IMG/VR virus record: IMGVR_UViG_3300032282_003042
Coordinates: 1 to 60,271 of that record
From: a virus
Taxonomy: Duplodnaviria > Caudoviricetes
Strand: one strand, 5' to 3'
DNA: 60,271 nucleotides
This document shows positions 35,179 to 45,550 of this stretch, in pieces (position 1 is the stretch's first letter; every line of letters starts with the position of its first letter). Made by a program: the position numbers and the translations under genes. The notes under the pieces are model-generated. The model was not told the DNA's origin. It made no database searches and was given only the letters and a program-made list of their open reading frames with translations.

Positions 35179-35687
35179 AATTTAAAATTTTTATCTCGTA
35201 TAGTATAATTTGTATATTTAAAAGTTACTGAAGCTACAAAATATTCAGATGATTCTGTTGTTGCATCAAATTCTAATGGCGTTAAAGAGATTGGAAAAAT
35301 ATTTTCATAATCTATTATATGGATAGTATTAAAATTTGATGATAAAATTTCCAGTTGAGCATTTGAATATTCAATTTCAGAAATTTGTGGATGACCGTTA
35401 GCACCTCCATTTTTCATTATCCAATTGAAAATTGATTTATAATTTATTAAATTTTCGTCAACTATAAAATTTATAGTTAAATCTTCGAAAGTAACCCCAC
35501 CACCAGCAACTATAGGAAATGATCTAAATCTAGTTGGTACTTCTGTTACTGGCATACTAATTCCAGGAAGATTAACTTTTTGACAAAGAAAATCAACTCC
35601 TTGAAAAAGATCTAAATTTAATTTAAATGCAATTGGAGAAAGGTAATTCCTATTATCTAATTGCTCTTCATACCAATTTGATGCCAT
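35175..35687 (-). CDS. gp3: tail tube terminator / tail completion protein (T4 gp3-like)
   Basis: NYLSP..F, VNLPGI, FIVDENLINY, FPISL; synteny. Confidence 0.88.
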   Translation of the reverse strand: MASNWYEEQLDNRNYLSPIAFKLNLDLFQGVDFLCQKVNLPGISMPVTEVPTRFRSFPIVAGGGVTFEDLTINFIVDENLINYKSIFNWIMKNGGANGHPQISEIEYSNAQLEILSSNFNTIHIIDYENIFPISLTPLEFDATTESSEYFVASVTFKYTNYTIRDKNFKL

Positions 35688-35713
35688 AAAAATTTTTCTT
35701 TCTTTCTACAATA

Positions 35714-35721
35714 TATTTATT
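35714..35721 (-). promoter_or_regulatory. late promoter AATAAATA
   Basis: Directly after the gp23 terminator, upstream of gp3. Confidence 0.65.
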
Positions 35722-35726
35722 TGCAT

Positions 35727-35753
35727 AAAAAAAGAGACCCTTTCGGGTCTCTT
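35727..35753 (-). terminator. intrinsic terminator of gp23
   Basis: AAGAGACCC-GAAA-GGGTCTCTT followed by a T-tract. Confidence 0.9.
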
Positions 35754-35773
35754 GATAATTCTGTGATTTTAGA

Positions 35774-37177
35774 TCACATAAGATTGAGAACTTGTACTCT
35801 TCTGTAGTACATGTTAGCATTAGCGGTGAGAGTCTCACCATCTGGGGTTCCGTTGTAAGCACCGTTGGTGGTAACGAATGGGTTCGAAACCATACCGTAA
35901 CGAGTCTTGAAGCCAATCTTAGGCTGGAAGTTGTTAGGATCGATTGAACGGAGCATTTGGAGGGGAACATATGGGCAGTAGAATAGTCCTGCGTCATATG
36001 GAGAGGTTCCTTTGTAACCAACAACATAATAATGCTTATTGGAAACGTTAGCTGAATAAGGATCAACGAAGACCTTGATTCTGCCGTTGATTGTACCAAC
36101 AGCGAGGTTGCCAGTGTCATCAACCTGACCGATTGAAGGACCACCAGCACCACTAAGACCTGAAGAATAGTCAAGTACACCAGCCATCGCTAGAGCTGAA
36201 GCAACGTCAGCTGAGCAGATGATAAAGTTACCTTTGCCTCTACGAGTGTCTTGAGCAATAGCGTTACAATCTCTCTCAATTTGGAAGAGAAGACCTTTCC
36301 ACTTTTCAACTGACCAACGACCGTTTGAATCAACGTCAAGGTCAAAAATACCAGCGTTAGCAACGTTATTCTGAGCACCTTTTTTGGCAACTCTGTAAAC
36401 GGTACGAACAACTTCACGGTTGATTTCAGCTAGAACTTCGCTTGAAAGAATGTTAGCAAGTTCTTGCTCAGCATCAAGACCATGAATAGCCTTAAGGTCT
36501 TGAGCGAGTTCTAGAGTGTACTCAGCTTTGAGGGCTCTTGACTTAGCGGTAACTGAAGTCTTCTCGATGCTGAATGACATCTCACGGAATAGGTGACCAG
36601 AATCACCCATGATTTCTAGATTTTCACGGCTCATGCCACGAGCAACTTCGTAAGCATTAGCAGCAGGTGAAGAATCATTGAGGAGAGCGGGGTTATTACC
36701 TTCCGAATCTCCACCGACACCAGCACCAGTTCTTGGGGTATAGTCGCCCTTGGAGGCATCGTAACCAGCCGAGAATCCAGTATCAGGTTCGTTGAAGAGT
36801 GCTTCTTCGCCACCTTGGTTTTCGTAACGTGATCTCATAGCGAAGATAAGTCCATTAGGACCGCTCATTGGCTGAACACCACAAACGTCATATGCCATTA
36901 GGTTGGGCATCGAACGACGAACTAGGCTGATTAGAATTGGATCGAAACCAGCAAGCCCACCAGTGTTAGCCGATGATAGAGCAGTGCCGTCGCCAGTAGC
37001 ACCTAGGCTATTGACAGCAACTTCGTTAAGAATGCCGCGTTCTTCGCGGATAGCTCTTTCTTGATTTTCCAGGAGAACAGCGGTAACAGCCTGCTTGTAA
37101 CGATCTTGGATAGCGGGAGCTTCCGAGTGATTCAGAACAGGTGCCCACTTTTCCTGGAGGACTCTTGCGTTAAACAT
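35774..37177 (-). CDS. gp23: major capsid protein
   Basis: LLENQE, DPILISLVRR, VQPMSGP, KSRALKAEY, YCPYVPL, GFKTRYG. Confidence 0.99.
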   Translation of the reverse strand: MFNARVLQEKWAPVLNHSEAPAIQDRYKQAVTAVLLENQERAIREERGILNEVAVNSLGATGDGTALSSANTGGLAGFDPILISLVRRSMPNLMAYDVCGVQPMSGPNGLIFAMRSRYENQGGEEALFNEPDTGFSAGYDASKGDYTPRTGAGVGGDSEGNNPALLNDSSPAANAYEVARGMSRENLEIMGDSGHLFREMSFSIEKTSVTAKSRALKAEYTLELAQDLKAIHGLDAEQELANILSSEVLAEINREVVRTVYRVAKKGAQNNVANAGIFDLDVDSNGRWSVEKWKGLLFQIERDCNAIAQDTRRGKGNFIICSADVASALAMAGVLDYSSGLSGAGGPSIGQVDDTGNLAVGTINGRIKVFVDPYSANVSNKHYYVVGYKGTSPYDAGLFYCPYVPLQMLRSIDPNNFQPKIGFKTRYGMVSNPFVTTNGAYNGTPDGETLTANANMYYRRVQVLNLM

Positions 37178-37216
37178 TTTAGTCTCCTTGTTTTGGGAAA
37201 AGTTATGGATTAATAA

Positions 37217-37224
37217 TATTTATA
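37217..37224 (-). promoter_or_regulatory. late promoter TATAAATA for gp23
   Basis: Exact consensus; AAGGAG RBS downstream. Confidence 0.85.
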
Positions 37225-37229
37225 TAATG

Positions 37230-38375
37230 TCACTTCCAGCGTGAAATAGCGTTTAGGTATGTAGCCATTGCTGGCGATACCGTTTCTCCTTCTACTGGTG
37301 TTTCGTCGCTTACTTCAGTTTTTGAAACTGAATTTGGAAAATATGATTCTTTTAGAGTCTTCACTGCTTCAGTAAATTTTTCTACTGATTCAAATGATAC
37401 TCCTTCAGTTAAAGAAGTAAGTTTTTCTTTCTGAGTATCAGCAAGACCTTCTGAAAGTTTATTCAAAATTACTAGCTTAGTTGACTCAACAAGACGATTA
37501 TTTAATTCAATATTGCGCTCAATTTGAACATTGAGGCGTTCTTCCATCTCACGAATCTCTTCTGTTAGATCTTCAACTAGATCTGACTTTTCTTCTGGAA
37601 TATTAATCCAATGCTCTTTGCACAGATTAATAAATCCAGCAATAAAATCTTCAGTGATTTCATTGCGTAAACCACGATCAATGCCTACCTGATTATCCTC
37701 AACCCAAGTGTTAATAGCATAATTGAGAGTGCCATTAATTTCTTCTGCAAGTTCTTGTTTTACAATTTCAACTTGTTCTTGCAATTTGGTTTCAAATGTT
37801 TCAGCTAATTTTTCGTATTCTTCTTTTAATTTTGCAGTGACTGCAGCTTCAAAAATTGTTTTTGCTTTTGCTTTAAAATCTTCTGAAAGATCTTCTCCCT
37901 CAGTGAGAGCTGCAACATCACTTGACAAATCAAGTTCTTCATATGATGGCTTAATTGGATACGTAACATCTGGACCTTCGGAAGTTCCGTAAGCAATTTG
38001 AGAACCTAATTTTGGGTGTTCTCCAGCAGGAAGATCTTTTCCATTACCACGTTGTTGTGGATCCCCAGAAACTTGAGAAACTGGAGCAGATGCTTTTGCA
38101 CCTGGATTATCTTCGCCTTCTTCGTCTCCATCTGGCTCTGGACCACCTAGATCAGTAATTGACTGATGATAAGGTGCAACTGCTTGAGTTGTTACAGTAG
38201 GAGCTGAATCTTTAGTACCTCCCCTAGTTTGTGCATCGTTAACTTGACCAGGAGCAGAATGCGAGCCACCAGGAATTACTGAAGCCGAAACTGTGGGCAT
38301 TGGATCTCCAGCTTCTACAATTAATCCCTCATTTTTTACAAAATCCACAAACTTTTCGTTTAACATACCTGACAT
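37230..38375 (-). CDS. gp22: prohead core scaffolding protein
   Basis: LSEDFKAKAKTIFEAAV, GLADTQKEKL, LKESYF; synteny. Confidence 0.92.
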   Translation of the reverse strand: MSGMLNEKFVDFVKNEGLIVEAGDPMPTVSASVIPGGSHSAPGQVNDAQTRGGTKDSAPTVTTQAVAPYHQSITDLGGPEPDGDEEGEDNPGAKASAPVSQVSGDPQQRGNGKDLPAGEHPKLGSQIAYGTSEGPDVTYPIKPSYEELDLSSDVAALTEGEDLSEDFKAKAKTIFEAAVTAKLKEEYEKLAETFETKLQEQVEIVKQELAEEINGTLNYAINTWVEDNQVGIDRGLRNEITEDFIAGFINLCKEHWINIPEEKSDLVEDLTEEIREMEERLNVQIERNIELNNRLVESTKLVILNKLSEGLADTQKEKLTSLTEGVSFESVEKFTEAVKTLKESYFPNSVSKTEVSDETPVEGETVSPAMATYLNAISRWK

Positions 38376-38412
38376 TTGAGTTTCCCCGTATTTCTGATAA
38401 TTATTCTATGAT

Positions 38413-38420
38413 TATTTATT
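38413..38420 (-). promoter_or_regulatory. late promoter AATAAATA for gp22
   Basis: Intergenic near-consensus. Confidence 0.65.
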
Positions 38421-38423
38421 AAA

Positions 38424-39068
38424 TTAAAGATTTGACATAAAAGAATGAAAAGCTTTAATTTTTCTTTCTTCCATATTTTTTATATTAGATTCTGAAATAT
38501 ATTTTTTATATCCAGAAATTTGATACTCTTTCAAAAGACCATTATCCCAAACCCATTCTTTTCCTTCCATAATACCCTGAACAAATGCATCGGGAGCAGA
38601 AGGATCAGCTACAATATCTGCTGCAGTCGCAAGCATAAAATCATCACGTACATATTTTGCACCATTTTTTTCTTCTAGTGATCCCATTCCTCTAGATGAA
38701 ACTCCTAATTTAACTCCTTCATCAATAAGAGATTTTGCAATTTTCCCCATTGGAGTGTCTAAAATACGAGCTTTTCCATAAAAATTAGTGCCTTCGGCTC
38801 TAAGTTCTACGATTTTATGTGAAACTCTATCTAAATTTACAGAAGGTCCATCTGGATGTCCCAACTCCCCTAAAGCTCTTCCAGCTTTTACATACTCTTC
38901 ATTATATCTTTCAACTTCTTTATTTAAAATATTAAATGGATAAATTCTGCCATTCCTATTTTTTGTTTCTGATTGCAAAAATACACCTTCAATATATAAA
39001 TTTTTCTTTCCGTTTTTATCTTCCGATAAAATTTTAATATCTTCTATATTTTCTGTGATGAGTTTCAT
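38424..39068 (-). CDS. gp21: prohead protease
   Basis: MKLITE, NRNGRIY, ALGELGHP, GVSSRGMGS, DIVADPSAPDA. Confidence 0.97.
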   Translation of the reverse strand: MKLITENIEDIKILSEDKNGKKNLYIEGVFLQSETKNRNGRIYPFNILNKEVERYNEEYVKAGRALGELGHPDGPSVNLDRVSHKIVELRAEGTNFYGKARILDTPMGKIAKSLIDEGVKLGVSSRGMGSLEEKNGAKYVRDDFMLATAADIVADPSAPDAFVQGIMEGKEWVWDNGLLKEYQISGYKKYISESNIKNMEERKIKAFHSFMSNL

Positions 39069-39244
39069 TGATCCTCTTGAGTGTCTATTGGTTCGTCAAA
39101 GAATGTAGAAGCTACTATTTTTTTATAATCATCTAATGCTTGTGATGTTTTACTTTTCAGCAAATCATTAATTTTATCTAAAGCATCAGATCTTTTTTTG
39201 TCGTAAAGTAAATCTACAATATTTTTTGATAATGATACAGTCAT
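39065..39244 (-). CDS. small prohead core protein (gp67-like position, 59 aa)
   Basis: Read by hand (MTVSLSKNIVDLLYDKKRSDALDKI...); ATGA overlap with gp21; lies between gp20 and gp21. Confidence 0.7.
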   Translation of the reverse strand: MTVSLSKNIVDLLYDKKRSDALDKINDLLKSKTSQALDDYKKIVASTFFDEPIDTQEDQ

Positions 39245-39268
39245 ATTATATAATTTTAATTTATTATA

Positions 39269-40921
39269 TTATTTAGTATTTTTTTGATTTTTCTGAAGTT
39301 TTAGTTGTTTTTGTGTTTCTAATTCAGTTTGAGCATTTTGTATTTCTGGTGCAAGTGCATCATTTTGTCTAGTCATTGTATCCAATGTCATAGAATCAGA
39401 TGGACTAATTGCAATACCAGATTTAATATCTTTTTTCATTTGTTTATCGATATCTTTATATTCAGTTTCAGTTTGCATTAATATTTGTCTACGAAGATAT
39501 TCAACAGAAAAATATTTTCCAACAAAAGGATCCATTTGTGCGATTAAATTTACCCTTTCTTTCATCAATTCAATATTTTTTAATTCATTAAAATGGTTAT
39601 CAAATAGAAAATCATATTGAATATGATCTTCCATTTCTTCCCAATCTTCTGGCGTAATAATGCCCTTTAGAATTAATTGAGTTTTTAAAATATCATTAAA
39701 TAATTCACTAAAACGTTTACGTAAACGACCAATAAATTTTGCAAATTTTAATTCATCTCGTAAAACTTCGGTGGTCTTACCAAGATTAAACCCTTTATTG
39801 TCATCTGTGAGACGGGAAGGTGGTAGGTTGAGTGAGTTATAAAGTTTCTTTTTGAAATACTCAACGTCTTTGAGTTCACCAAGGTTCTGACCACCTGGCA
39901 GTGTAGTGATTTCAGTTCCTCTACCACCTTCACGGCGAGGAAGCCAAAAATCTTCAAGCATCGACATGTGTTTTTTGTCGTCACGAATTTCTCCAGTAGC
40001 TGCGTCATAAACAAGTTTATTGCGATAACGAGCCATTACTTCACGTAGATATTGTTCTGCTTTGACCTTAGGAAGGTTTCCGACATCAATATAAAAAATT
40101 CTTCTTTCTGGCGCTCTGGATAATCTATAAATTACCAAACTATCTTCAATCATTCGAAGTTGATTGAGAGATTTAATTGCTTTATGAAGAAAACTAAGAA
40201 CTGTTTTTTTGTTTAAATCAATTACTCCAGAAGTAGAGCAAGCAATAGAATCACATGCTATTTTAATACCTTGCGAATTACTAACATCAAAATTATTAGA
40301 AATTAGAGGCGTATTTGCAAATCCTTTTGGATTATAAACATAATAATCTACATACTCTCCCCAATCATATTCTAAAGCAGATCCTTTATAATAATCTTTT
40401 GCAACTTCGTTTTTTTCTAATTTATGTCTAACTTTTCTTAATTTTATTGGATCAATATAGCGCAATTCCAAAATTCCTTTTTTTGGATTTTCTAAATCAA
40501 TTACTTTGTGGTAATAAGTTCTACCATCTACATACCAACTTCTGATAATTTCGTGTGCTCTTTTATCAAAATTTAATAAAGATTTTATATAATTAAATTC
40601 GCTTCTAATTTTTGTTTTAATTGATTCTGGTATGTCAAGATTGGATAATTCAATTTCTACAGGAGAATCATCTGCATCTGTGACTACAAATTCGTTTACT
40701 ACTTCATCTATAGCAGAATCGCATTCTGGATGTAACGCCATATCTCTATAACGGCGTATGAGATCATATTCATTTTTATTACTACCACCTTCAATATCTA
40801 CATATGTACCAAAATAACCACCTGCTACAGTGGTTGTGCTATCATCATGATTGGGAGGAATAGGAGATTGACCCTTATTCCCCCCTTTTTTATTAATAAG
40901 AAATCCAAAAAGTTGACTCAT
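39269..40921 (-). CDS. gp20: portal vertex protein
   Basis: WYVDGR, IYRLSRAPERRIFYIDVGNLP, EDFWLPRREGGRGTEI. Confidence 0.98.
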   Translation of the reverse strand: MSQLFGFLINKKGGNKGQSPIPPNHDDSTTTVAGGYFGTYVDIEGGSNKNEYDLIRRYRDMALHPECDSAIDEVVNEFVVTDADDSPVEIELSNLDIPESIKTKIRSEFNYIKSLLNFDKRAHEIIRSWYVDGRTYYHKVIDLENPKKGILELRYIDPIKLRKVRHKLEKNEVAKDYYKGSALEYDWGEYVDYYVYNPKGFANTPLISNNFDVSNSQGIKIACDSIACSTSGVIDLNKKTVLSFLHKAIKSLNQLRMIEDSLVIYRLSRAPERRIFYIDVGNLPKVKAEQYLREVMARYRNKLVYDAATGEIRDDKKHMSMLEDFWLPRREGGRGTEITTLPGGQNLGELKDVEYFKKKLYNSLNLPPSRLTDDNKGFNLGKTTEVLRDELKFAKFIGRLRKRFSELFNDILKTQLILKGIITPEDWEEMEDHIQYDFLFDNHFNELKNIELMKERVNLIAQMDPFVGKYFSVEYLRRQILMQTETEYKDIDKQMKKDIKSGIAISPSDSMTLDTMTRQNDALAPEIQNAQTELETQKQLKLQKNQKNTK

Positions 40922-40952
40922 TTTATTAAATTAAAGAGTATTTGTTATACTC

Positions 40953-40960
40953 TATTTATT
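40953..40960 (-). promoter_or_regulatory. late promoter AATAAATA for gp20
   Basis: Intergenic; followed by an AGAGTAT/ATACTCT hairpin. Confidence 0.65.
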
Positions 40961-40964
40961 TTGT

Positions 40965-41609
40965 TTATCTTGTGCTTGCGTCTGAATTTGCCTGACGAGC
41001 TGTCAACCCATCTCTCGTAGTTCCTGAAGGAGCAACAGTAGTCCAATATGAATATTGAAATTCTACTGAAAATTCTTCAATTTGATCATTGCTATCATAA
41101 GCAAGATCAATTTGAGCCACGTTAGTTGGGAAAGCATACCATAATTTATATGTTCTCAAAATAGCAGGAGTTGCGGCAGCAGAAGTTTTTTCTAGTTGAT
41201 GAACTAAAATATCTGCTGTATAGCCATTAGTATTATCTGGAGTGAACAAAGTAGCAGTATTACCCGCATGTCCATTAATTGCTTCCAACCAATCTTCGAA
41301 CACAGCTCTAATAACAAAATCTTTATCATTAATAAATGTTGGAGTCCATGTATCAAAAGTTCTATCCCCAGCAATTTTTACTGTTCTTCCTCTAAAAGGA
41401 ACTTCAATTACTCCCGTATTTGAAGCTGGTAAAGCAGCAGATTTGCAAAGTAAATTAACTTTTTCCGTTTCGGTAGGAATTATAGATTTTAAATTAGATC
41501 CTCCGCCAACTCCTTTTTGTGGGAAAGCGATTTCCACTTGGAACATATTAGGCTTTACGCCTTGACCAATATTAGAAATAAAGTTGCTGATTGTGCTTTG
41601 TAGTGCCAT
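40965..41609 (-). CDS. gp19: tail tube protein
   Basis: KPNMFQV, VPFRGRTVKIAGDRTF, FPTNV, IEEFSVEFQY. Confidence 0.95.
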   Translation of the reverse strand: MALQSTISNFISNIGQGVKPNMFQVEIAFPQKGVGGGSNLKSIIPTETEKVNLLCKSAALPASNTGVIEVPFRGRTVKIAGDRTFDTWTPTFINDKDFVIRAVFEDWLEAINGHAGNTATLFTPDNTNGYTADILVHQLEKTSAAATPAILRTYKLWYAFPTNVAQIDLAYDSNDQIEEFSVEFQYSYWTTVAPSGTTRDGLTARQANSDASTR

Positions 41610-41643
41610 TTTTTAAGTCCTCTAAAAATGTTATTATAATAAA

Positions 41644-43593
41644 TTATCTACCAATAACTTCATTAAATGAAACGCCAGTTTTGGTGGCAGTAAATGTAAT
41701 TGTAATATAATTAATCGAGCGGGTTGGCTTGATATACAATTCAGCAACAAATTCATTTCTATCAATAACATCTGGAGTGTTATTTGTATCATCGCACACA
41801 ACTAAGAAATCAGTAATACCTCTTCTTGATTGAATTTCATTTAAGTATGAATTGACGGCACTTGAGAATGTAGCTCTTGTCGTGACATCATTTTGTTCAA
41901 ATAATACTTGTTTTGATAAATCACCAGTTCTTCTTTCTACATTTAAGAATAAACGACGAACATTGATTCTATCAAATGCAGATGGTGAAGCAAGTGCGGT
42001 TTTATCGCCAAATAAAGTTACACCAGATCCAGGGAATGAAACAATTGGATTGATTCTATTTTGATATAAAGCATCACGATCAGCTTTATTTGGATTGAAT
42101 GCTAATTTAATAGCACCTCTCAATGATCCTCTATTTAATCCTGCTGGAGAATACCAATCATCCAAAGAAGTTGAAGTTGATACACAAAGACCAGCTACAT
42201 CTCCATTGCAAGCGATATATCTATAACTATCATTGAAACGATCATAAAAATACTTATAACCACTATCAAACACAGCATATGAAGTTGATTGCAATCCATT
42301 GAAGAATGCAATAGTGTTATCTCTTTGTGCTGTAGATGTTAAAGCACCTGTTGTACCTATTTGATTTGCTTTATGTGGGGATATAAAAGCTATGCAATCT
42401 TTTCTAAATGAAGCAATAGAAATGACTTGAGATGCTTTTGATTTTGTATCAGATTCGGTAGACATAGAACCACCCATCAAAAGAAAATCAATATTAGCTT
42501 CTTCTGTATCTTGGAATAAATTATAAGCTTCAGAAATTTGTGTAGTGCTGTAAGAATAATCGTCTGTGCCGTAATCAAAACTTGCTTTATAGTTTCCACT
42601 CAAAACAAAAGCATCCCCAACTGTTAAATCATCAGAAGCTTGTCCCCAAGATTCTCCTGCCGATGTTGAAATTGGTTTTACTGTTTCATCTGGTCCAGCA
42701 CCAACAAATACATAGTTAGATTGTAAATTTACTGCTGTTTTATAATAAATTGAACCACCTTCTGGTGATTTTGCATCTGATATTTTTGATAAATATAATA
42801 ATTTTTCTACAATATTATTATTACCATCTATTACTGCAACGTGTACTTCATCATATTTAATACCTTTTTCTGAAGCAAATTGCGATGATCCTGGTCTTGG
42901 TCCTATTTGTGATAAAAATACTGTTGTGCCATCAACTTTAGCATTTAAATACCAATTTTTTACTGCAGTAATTAGAATGTTATCATTTTCTGATGTAAAT
43001 GACCAGTCTTGAGCAGTAACAACTGTATTTGGTTCGTTTAAAATTACTGATAATTCTTTTGTAGATGAAGACCAAGAAAAAACTACACCTGATTTTTCGA
43101 CAACACCATCACTGAGAGTGACAGTATCACCTGCTTCTGGGGGAGTTGTTGGTGCGGATGCCAAAGTTAAAATATAATCAGCTCCTCTATCTACAACTGC
43201 AACTTTATAGTTGTTCGCCCAAGTACCTGCTGTTCTTGCAACAAAACCATAAGAATTTCCAGTTCCAGATTCCCAATCAAGTTGAGTTTTTACTAATACT
43301 CCTTCATCTCCATTTGTAGCATTCAAAACTGTTGTTTCTGCTCTTACTACAGCTAATCTACCGCCATAGTTAAGATATTCGGAAGCAACAAACCAATCGT
43401 CAGCATTTTCTGCAGTTGGATCACCAAATACAGAACGAAATTCTTTTTCTGTACTTACATTTACAATTGCATCGATAGGACCCTTAGCAAAAGTTGAAGC
43501 AATTCCTGCAGTAATTTGCTGTGCTCCTACAACAACAGCATTAGATAAATCACGTTCTTTAAGAACAATACCAGGCGAGACTTGACTTGCCAT
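41644..43593 (-). CDS. gp18: tail sheath protein
   Basis: SPGIVLKERD, WYSPAGLNRG, FDRINVRRLF, IKPTRSINYI. Confidence 0.97.
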   Translation of the reverse strand: MASQVSPGIVLKERDLSNAVVVGAQQITAGIASTFAKGPIDAIVNVSTEKEFRSVFGDPTAENADDWFVASEYLNYGGRLAVVRAETTVLNATNGDEGVLVKTQLDWESGTGNSYGFVARTAGTWANNYKVAVVDRGADYILTLASAPTTPPEAGDTVTLSDGVVEKSGVVFSWSSSTKELSVILNEPNTVVTAQDWSFTSENDNILITAVKNWYLNAKVDGTTVFLSQIGPRPGSSQFASEKGIKYDEVHVAVIDGNNNIVEKLLYLSKISDAKSPEGGSIYYKTAVNLQSNYVFVGAGPDETVKPISTSAGESWGQASDDLTVGDAFVLSGNYKASFDYGTDDYSYSTTQISEAYNLFQDTEEANIDFLLMGGSMSTESDTKSKASQVISIASFRKDCIAFISPHKANQIGTTGALTSTAQRDNTIAFFNGLQSTSYAVFDSGYKYFYDRFNDSYRYIACNGDVAGLCVSTSTSLDDWYSPAGLNRGSLRGAIKLAFNPNKADRDALYQNRINPIVSFPGSGVTLFGDKTALASPSAFDRINVRRLFLNVERRTGDLSKQVLFEQNDVTTRATFSSAVNSYLNEIQSRRGITDFLVVCDDTNNTPDVIDRNEFVAELYIKPTRSINYITITFTATKTGVSFNEVIGR

Positions 43594-43629
43594 GTTTTTA
43601 CCTCTTAGATATCCAAATTAATCTAAAAT

Positions 43630-43637
43630 TATTTATG
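43630..43637 (-). promoter_or_regulatory. late promoter CATAAATA for gp18
   Basis: Intergenic near-consensus; GAGG RBS downstream. Confidence 0.65.
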
Positions 43638-43676
43638 AAAATGTTTTTTTCAAAGGGGAAAACAATGCGTAAACAT

Positions 43677-43904
43677 TTACCAATCAGGATATTCCCATAG
43701 ATTCTTTGATTTCAATTTTCTATTACGCAATATTCTTTTTATTGAACAATCCTTACATTCATATGAATAAGCTGAAGGAAACGGTCTTTTATTTTTTTTA
43801 GTTAAATAAAAATCAGAAAGAAGATCTTTTACTTTTTTACATGCCCTACATTTTCTTTCAACAAAAATTAAATGCTCTAAAGAAAATTGATCTTCTATAT
43901 CCAT
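43677..43904 (-). CDS. small zinc-ribbon protein
   Basis: CRAC...CKDC; start placed at MDIEDQF, overlapping the gp17 stop. Confidence 0.7.
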   Translation of the reverse strand: MDIEDQFSLEHLIFVERKCRACKKVKDLLSDFYLTKKNKRPFPSAYSYECKDCSIKRILRNRKLKSKNLWEYPDW

Positions 43905-45550
43905 TAGTAATTCCACATATAAGATACATCTTCTTGTGTGTTGCCATATTCCCATAAAGAACCATTATCTATAAATCCATCATCTCCTTCTAATCCAGTT
44001 ACAATAAATCCAAAAGGAGACATATCTTGTTCAATTTGATTTTTTTGTTCTTCGTAAATTCTTTGACGAACATCGTTATCTGTCATTTCTTTGAAATAAT
44101 CTTGAACTGCTAGCCAAGAAAATATAACAAGACACATTACCAAATCATCATGATAACCTTCATCTGCTTCAAAAGATTGTTTTTTCTGAATAAATGTAGT
44201 AAGTTCATTAATAATATCATAATCCCTGAATAACAATTTATCATCTTCAATAATTTGCTTTAAATTTTGACATCCAATTTTTTTGACAGTAATACTCATT
44301 TTAACACCAAGTTGAGTTTTATTTCCAGAAAACCCCTGTCCAACAATTTGACCAGCACGACCACGCATAGAACACATAAGAACATTAGGATATTCTAAAT
44401 CGTAATTAAGAATAGATGCTACTTGATCCCCAACGTCATTGACTTCACATAAAACATAAGCATTATTATATGCTCTAGCTAAATCATTAATGACATTTGG
44501 AAAAAGCATCGGTTTGATTTCGTTATTTCGATACTTAGCAACAATTTTGTATGGCAATGTTGTAATATCAAAAACAATAAAAGCTGAATAATCTCCTCCT
44601 ATACCCCGAGAAACATCTGCAGTGATAATATATTCAGACTTTTCATTTGGTTTTTCGTAAATATCTAATCCTTTATTAGAACTGATTGGAGTGTCAAATA
44701 CTAATGCTCTTAATTTAGAAGCAGAGATAAGAGTATCAACTGATCCTAAAAATTCACATTCAAATTCTTGTGTAAATTGTCTCTCAGAAGTATTTTTAAT
44801 TGTTTCTTCTTTCCATTTAGCATCACGACCAGGAACTTCTGACCAATGAACTTCTGTCCAAATATAATTATTTCGTTTATTTTGAGCATCTACCCACAAC
44901 TTATAAAAGTGATTCATCCCATATGGGGTAGAAATAATAATAACTTTAGTCCTTTGGCCAGATGAAATAGTGGGATAAACTGATGAGAAAAAATCATCAG
45001 CAATATGATTTGGTACGAATGCAAATTCGTCCAAGAAAATAATGTTAAATGACATTCCTCGAACAGCAGATGCTGACGTAGAAGCAGCCATAATTTTAGA
45101 ACCATTTTCCAATTCCATAGAACCCTTGTTCCACGCAATTATACCTTGTTGCAACCATTTAGGAAGATTTTCGTATGCTGTTTGTAATCTTCCTAATAAA
45201 TCACGGGCAGTTGATGCTTTGTTTGCTAGAATACCGATATTAGCACTATCATTAAATAACGCATAATGAAGTAAATAAGAAACTACAACTGTTGATTTTC
45301 CAGTTTGTCTTGGTAGTTTAGCGATATTAAATCTATTATCGTGAAATTTTCTGACCAATTCCTTTTGAAAATCATACATTTCAAAAGGAATTAGACCTTC
45401 ATCTACAGATACAATTTTTACATAATTTAAAGCAAAATATACAGGATCTTCTTTACATCTAATATATTCTTCTACTTGATCTTTTGTAAATTGAATCGCT
45501 ACGTTTGCTTTTTTTAATAATGGATTACCAAGGTATACTGAATCACTCAT
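43904..45550 (-). CDS. gp17: terminase large subunit
   Basis: PRQTGKST, IFLDEFAF, ISTPYG, ADVSRG, HDDLVM. Confidence 0.98.
   Translation of the reverse strand: MSDSVYLGNPLLKKANVAIQFTKDQVEEYIRCKEDPVYFALNYVKIVSVDEGLIPFEMYDFQKELVRKFHDNRFNIAKLPRQTGKSTVVVSYLLHYALFNDSANIGILANKASTARDLLGRLQTAYENLPKWLQQGIIAWNKGSMELENGSKIMAASTSASAVRGMSFNIIFLDEFAFVPNHIADDFFSSVYPTISSGQRTKVIIISTPYGMNHFYKLWVDAQNKRNNYIWTEVHWSEVPGRDAKWKEETIKNTSERQFTQEFECEFLGSVDTLISASKLRALVFDTPISSNKGLDIYEKPNEKSEYIITADVSRGIGGDYSAFIVFDITTLPYKIVAKYRNNEIKPMLFPNVINDLARAYNNAYVLCEVNDVGDQVASILNYDLEYPNVLMCSMRGRAGQIVGQGFSGNKTQLGVKMSITVKKIGCQNLKQIIEDDKLLFRDYDIINELTTFIQKKQSFEADEGYHDDLVMCLVIFSWLAVQDYFKEMTDNDVRQRIYEEQKNQIEQDMSPFGFIVTGLEGDDGFIDNGSLWEYGNTQEDVSYMWNY

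Noticed and set aside
35668-36813. Alternative-frame ORFs within gp23
   Set aside because: Leu/Val-rich translations typical of biased codon usage in a highly expressed gene
43677-43904. Homing endonuclease between gp17 and gp18
   Set aside because: Only a CxxC..CxxC ribbon is present, with no HNH, GIY-YIG or EndoVII catalytic motif
5421-45550. Introns or inteins in nrdA, nrdB, gp41, uvsX, gp43, gp20, gp17
   Set aside because: All are continuous ORFs of ordinary length with no intein splice motifs
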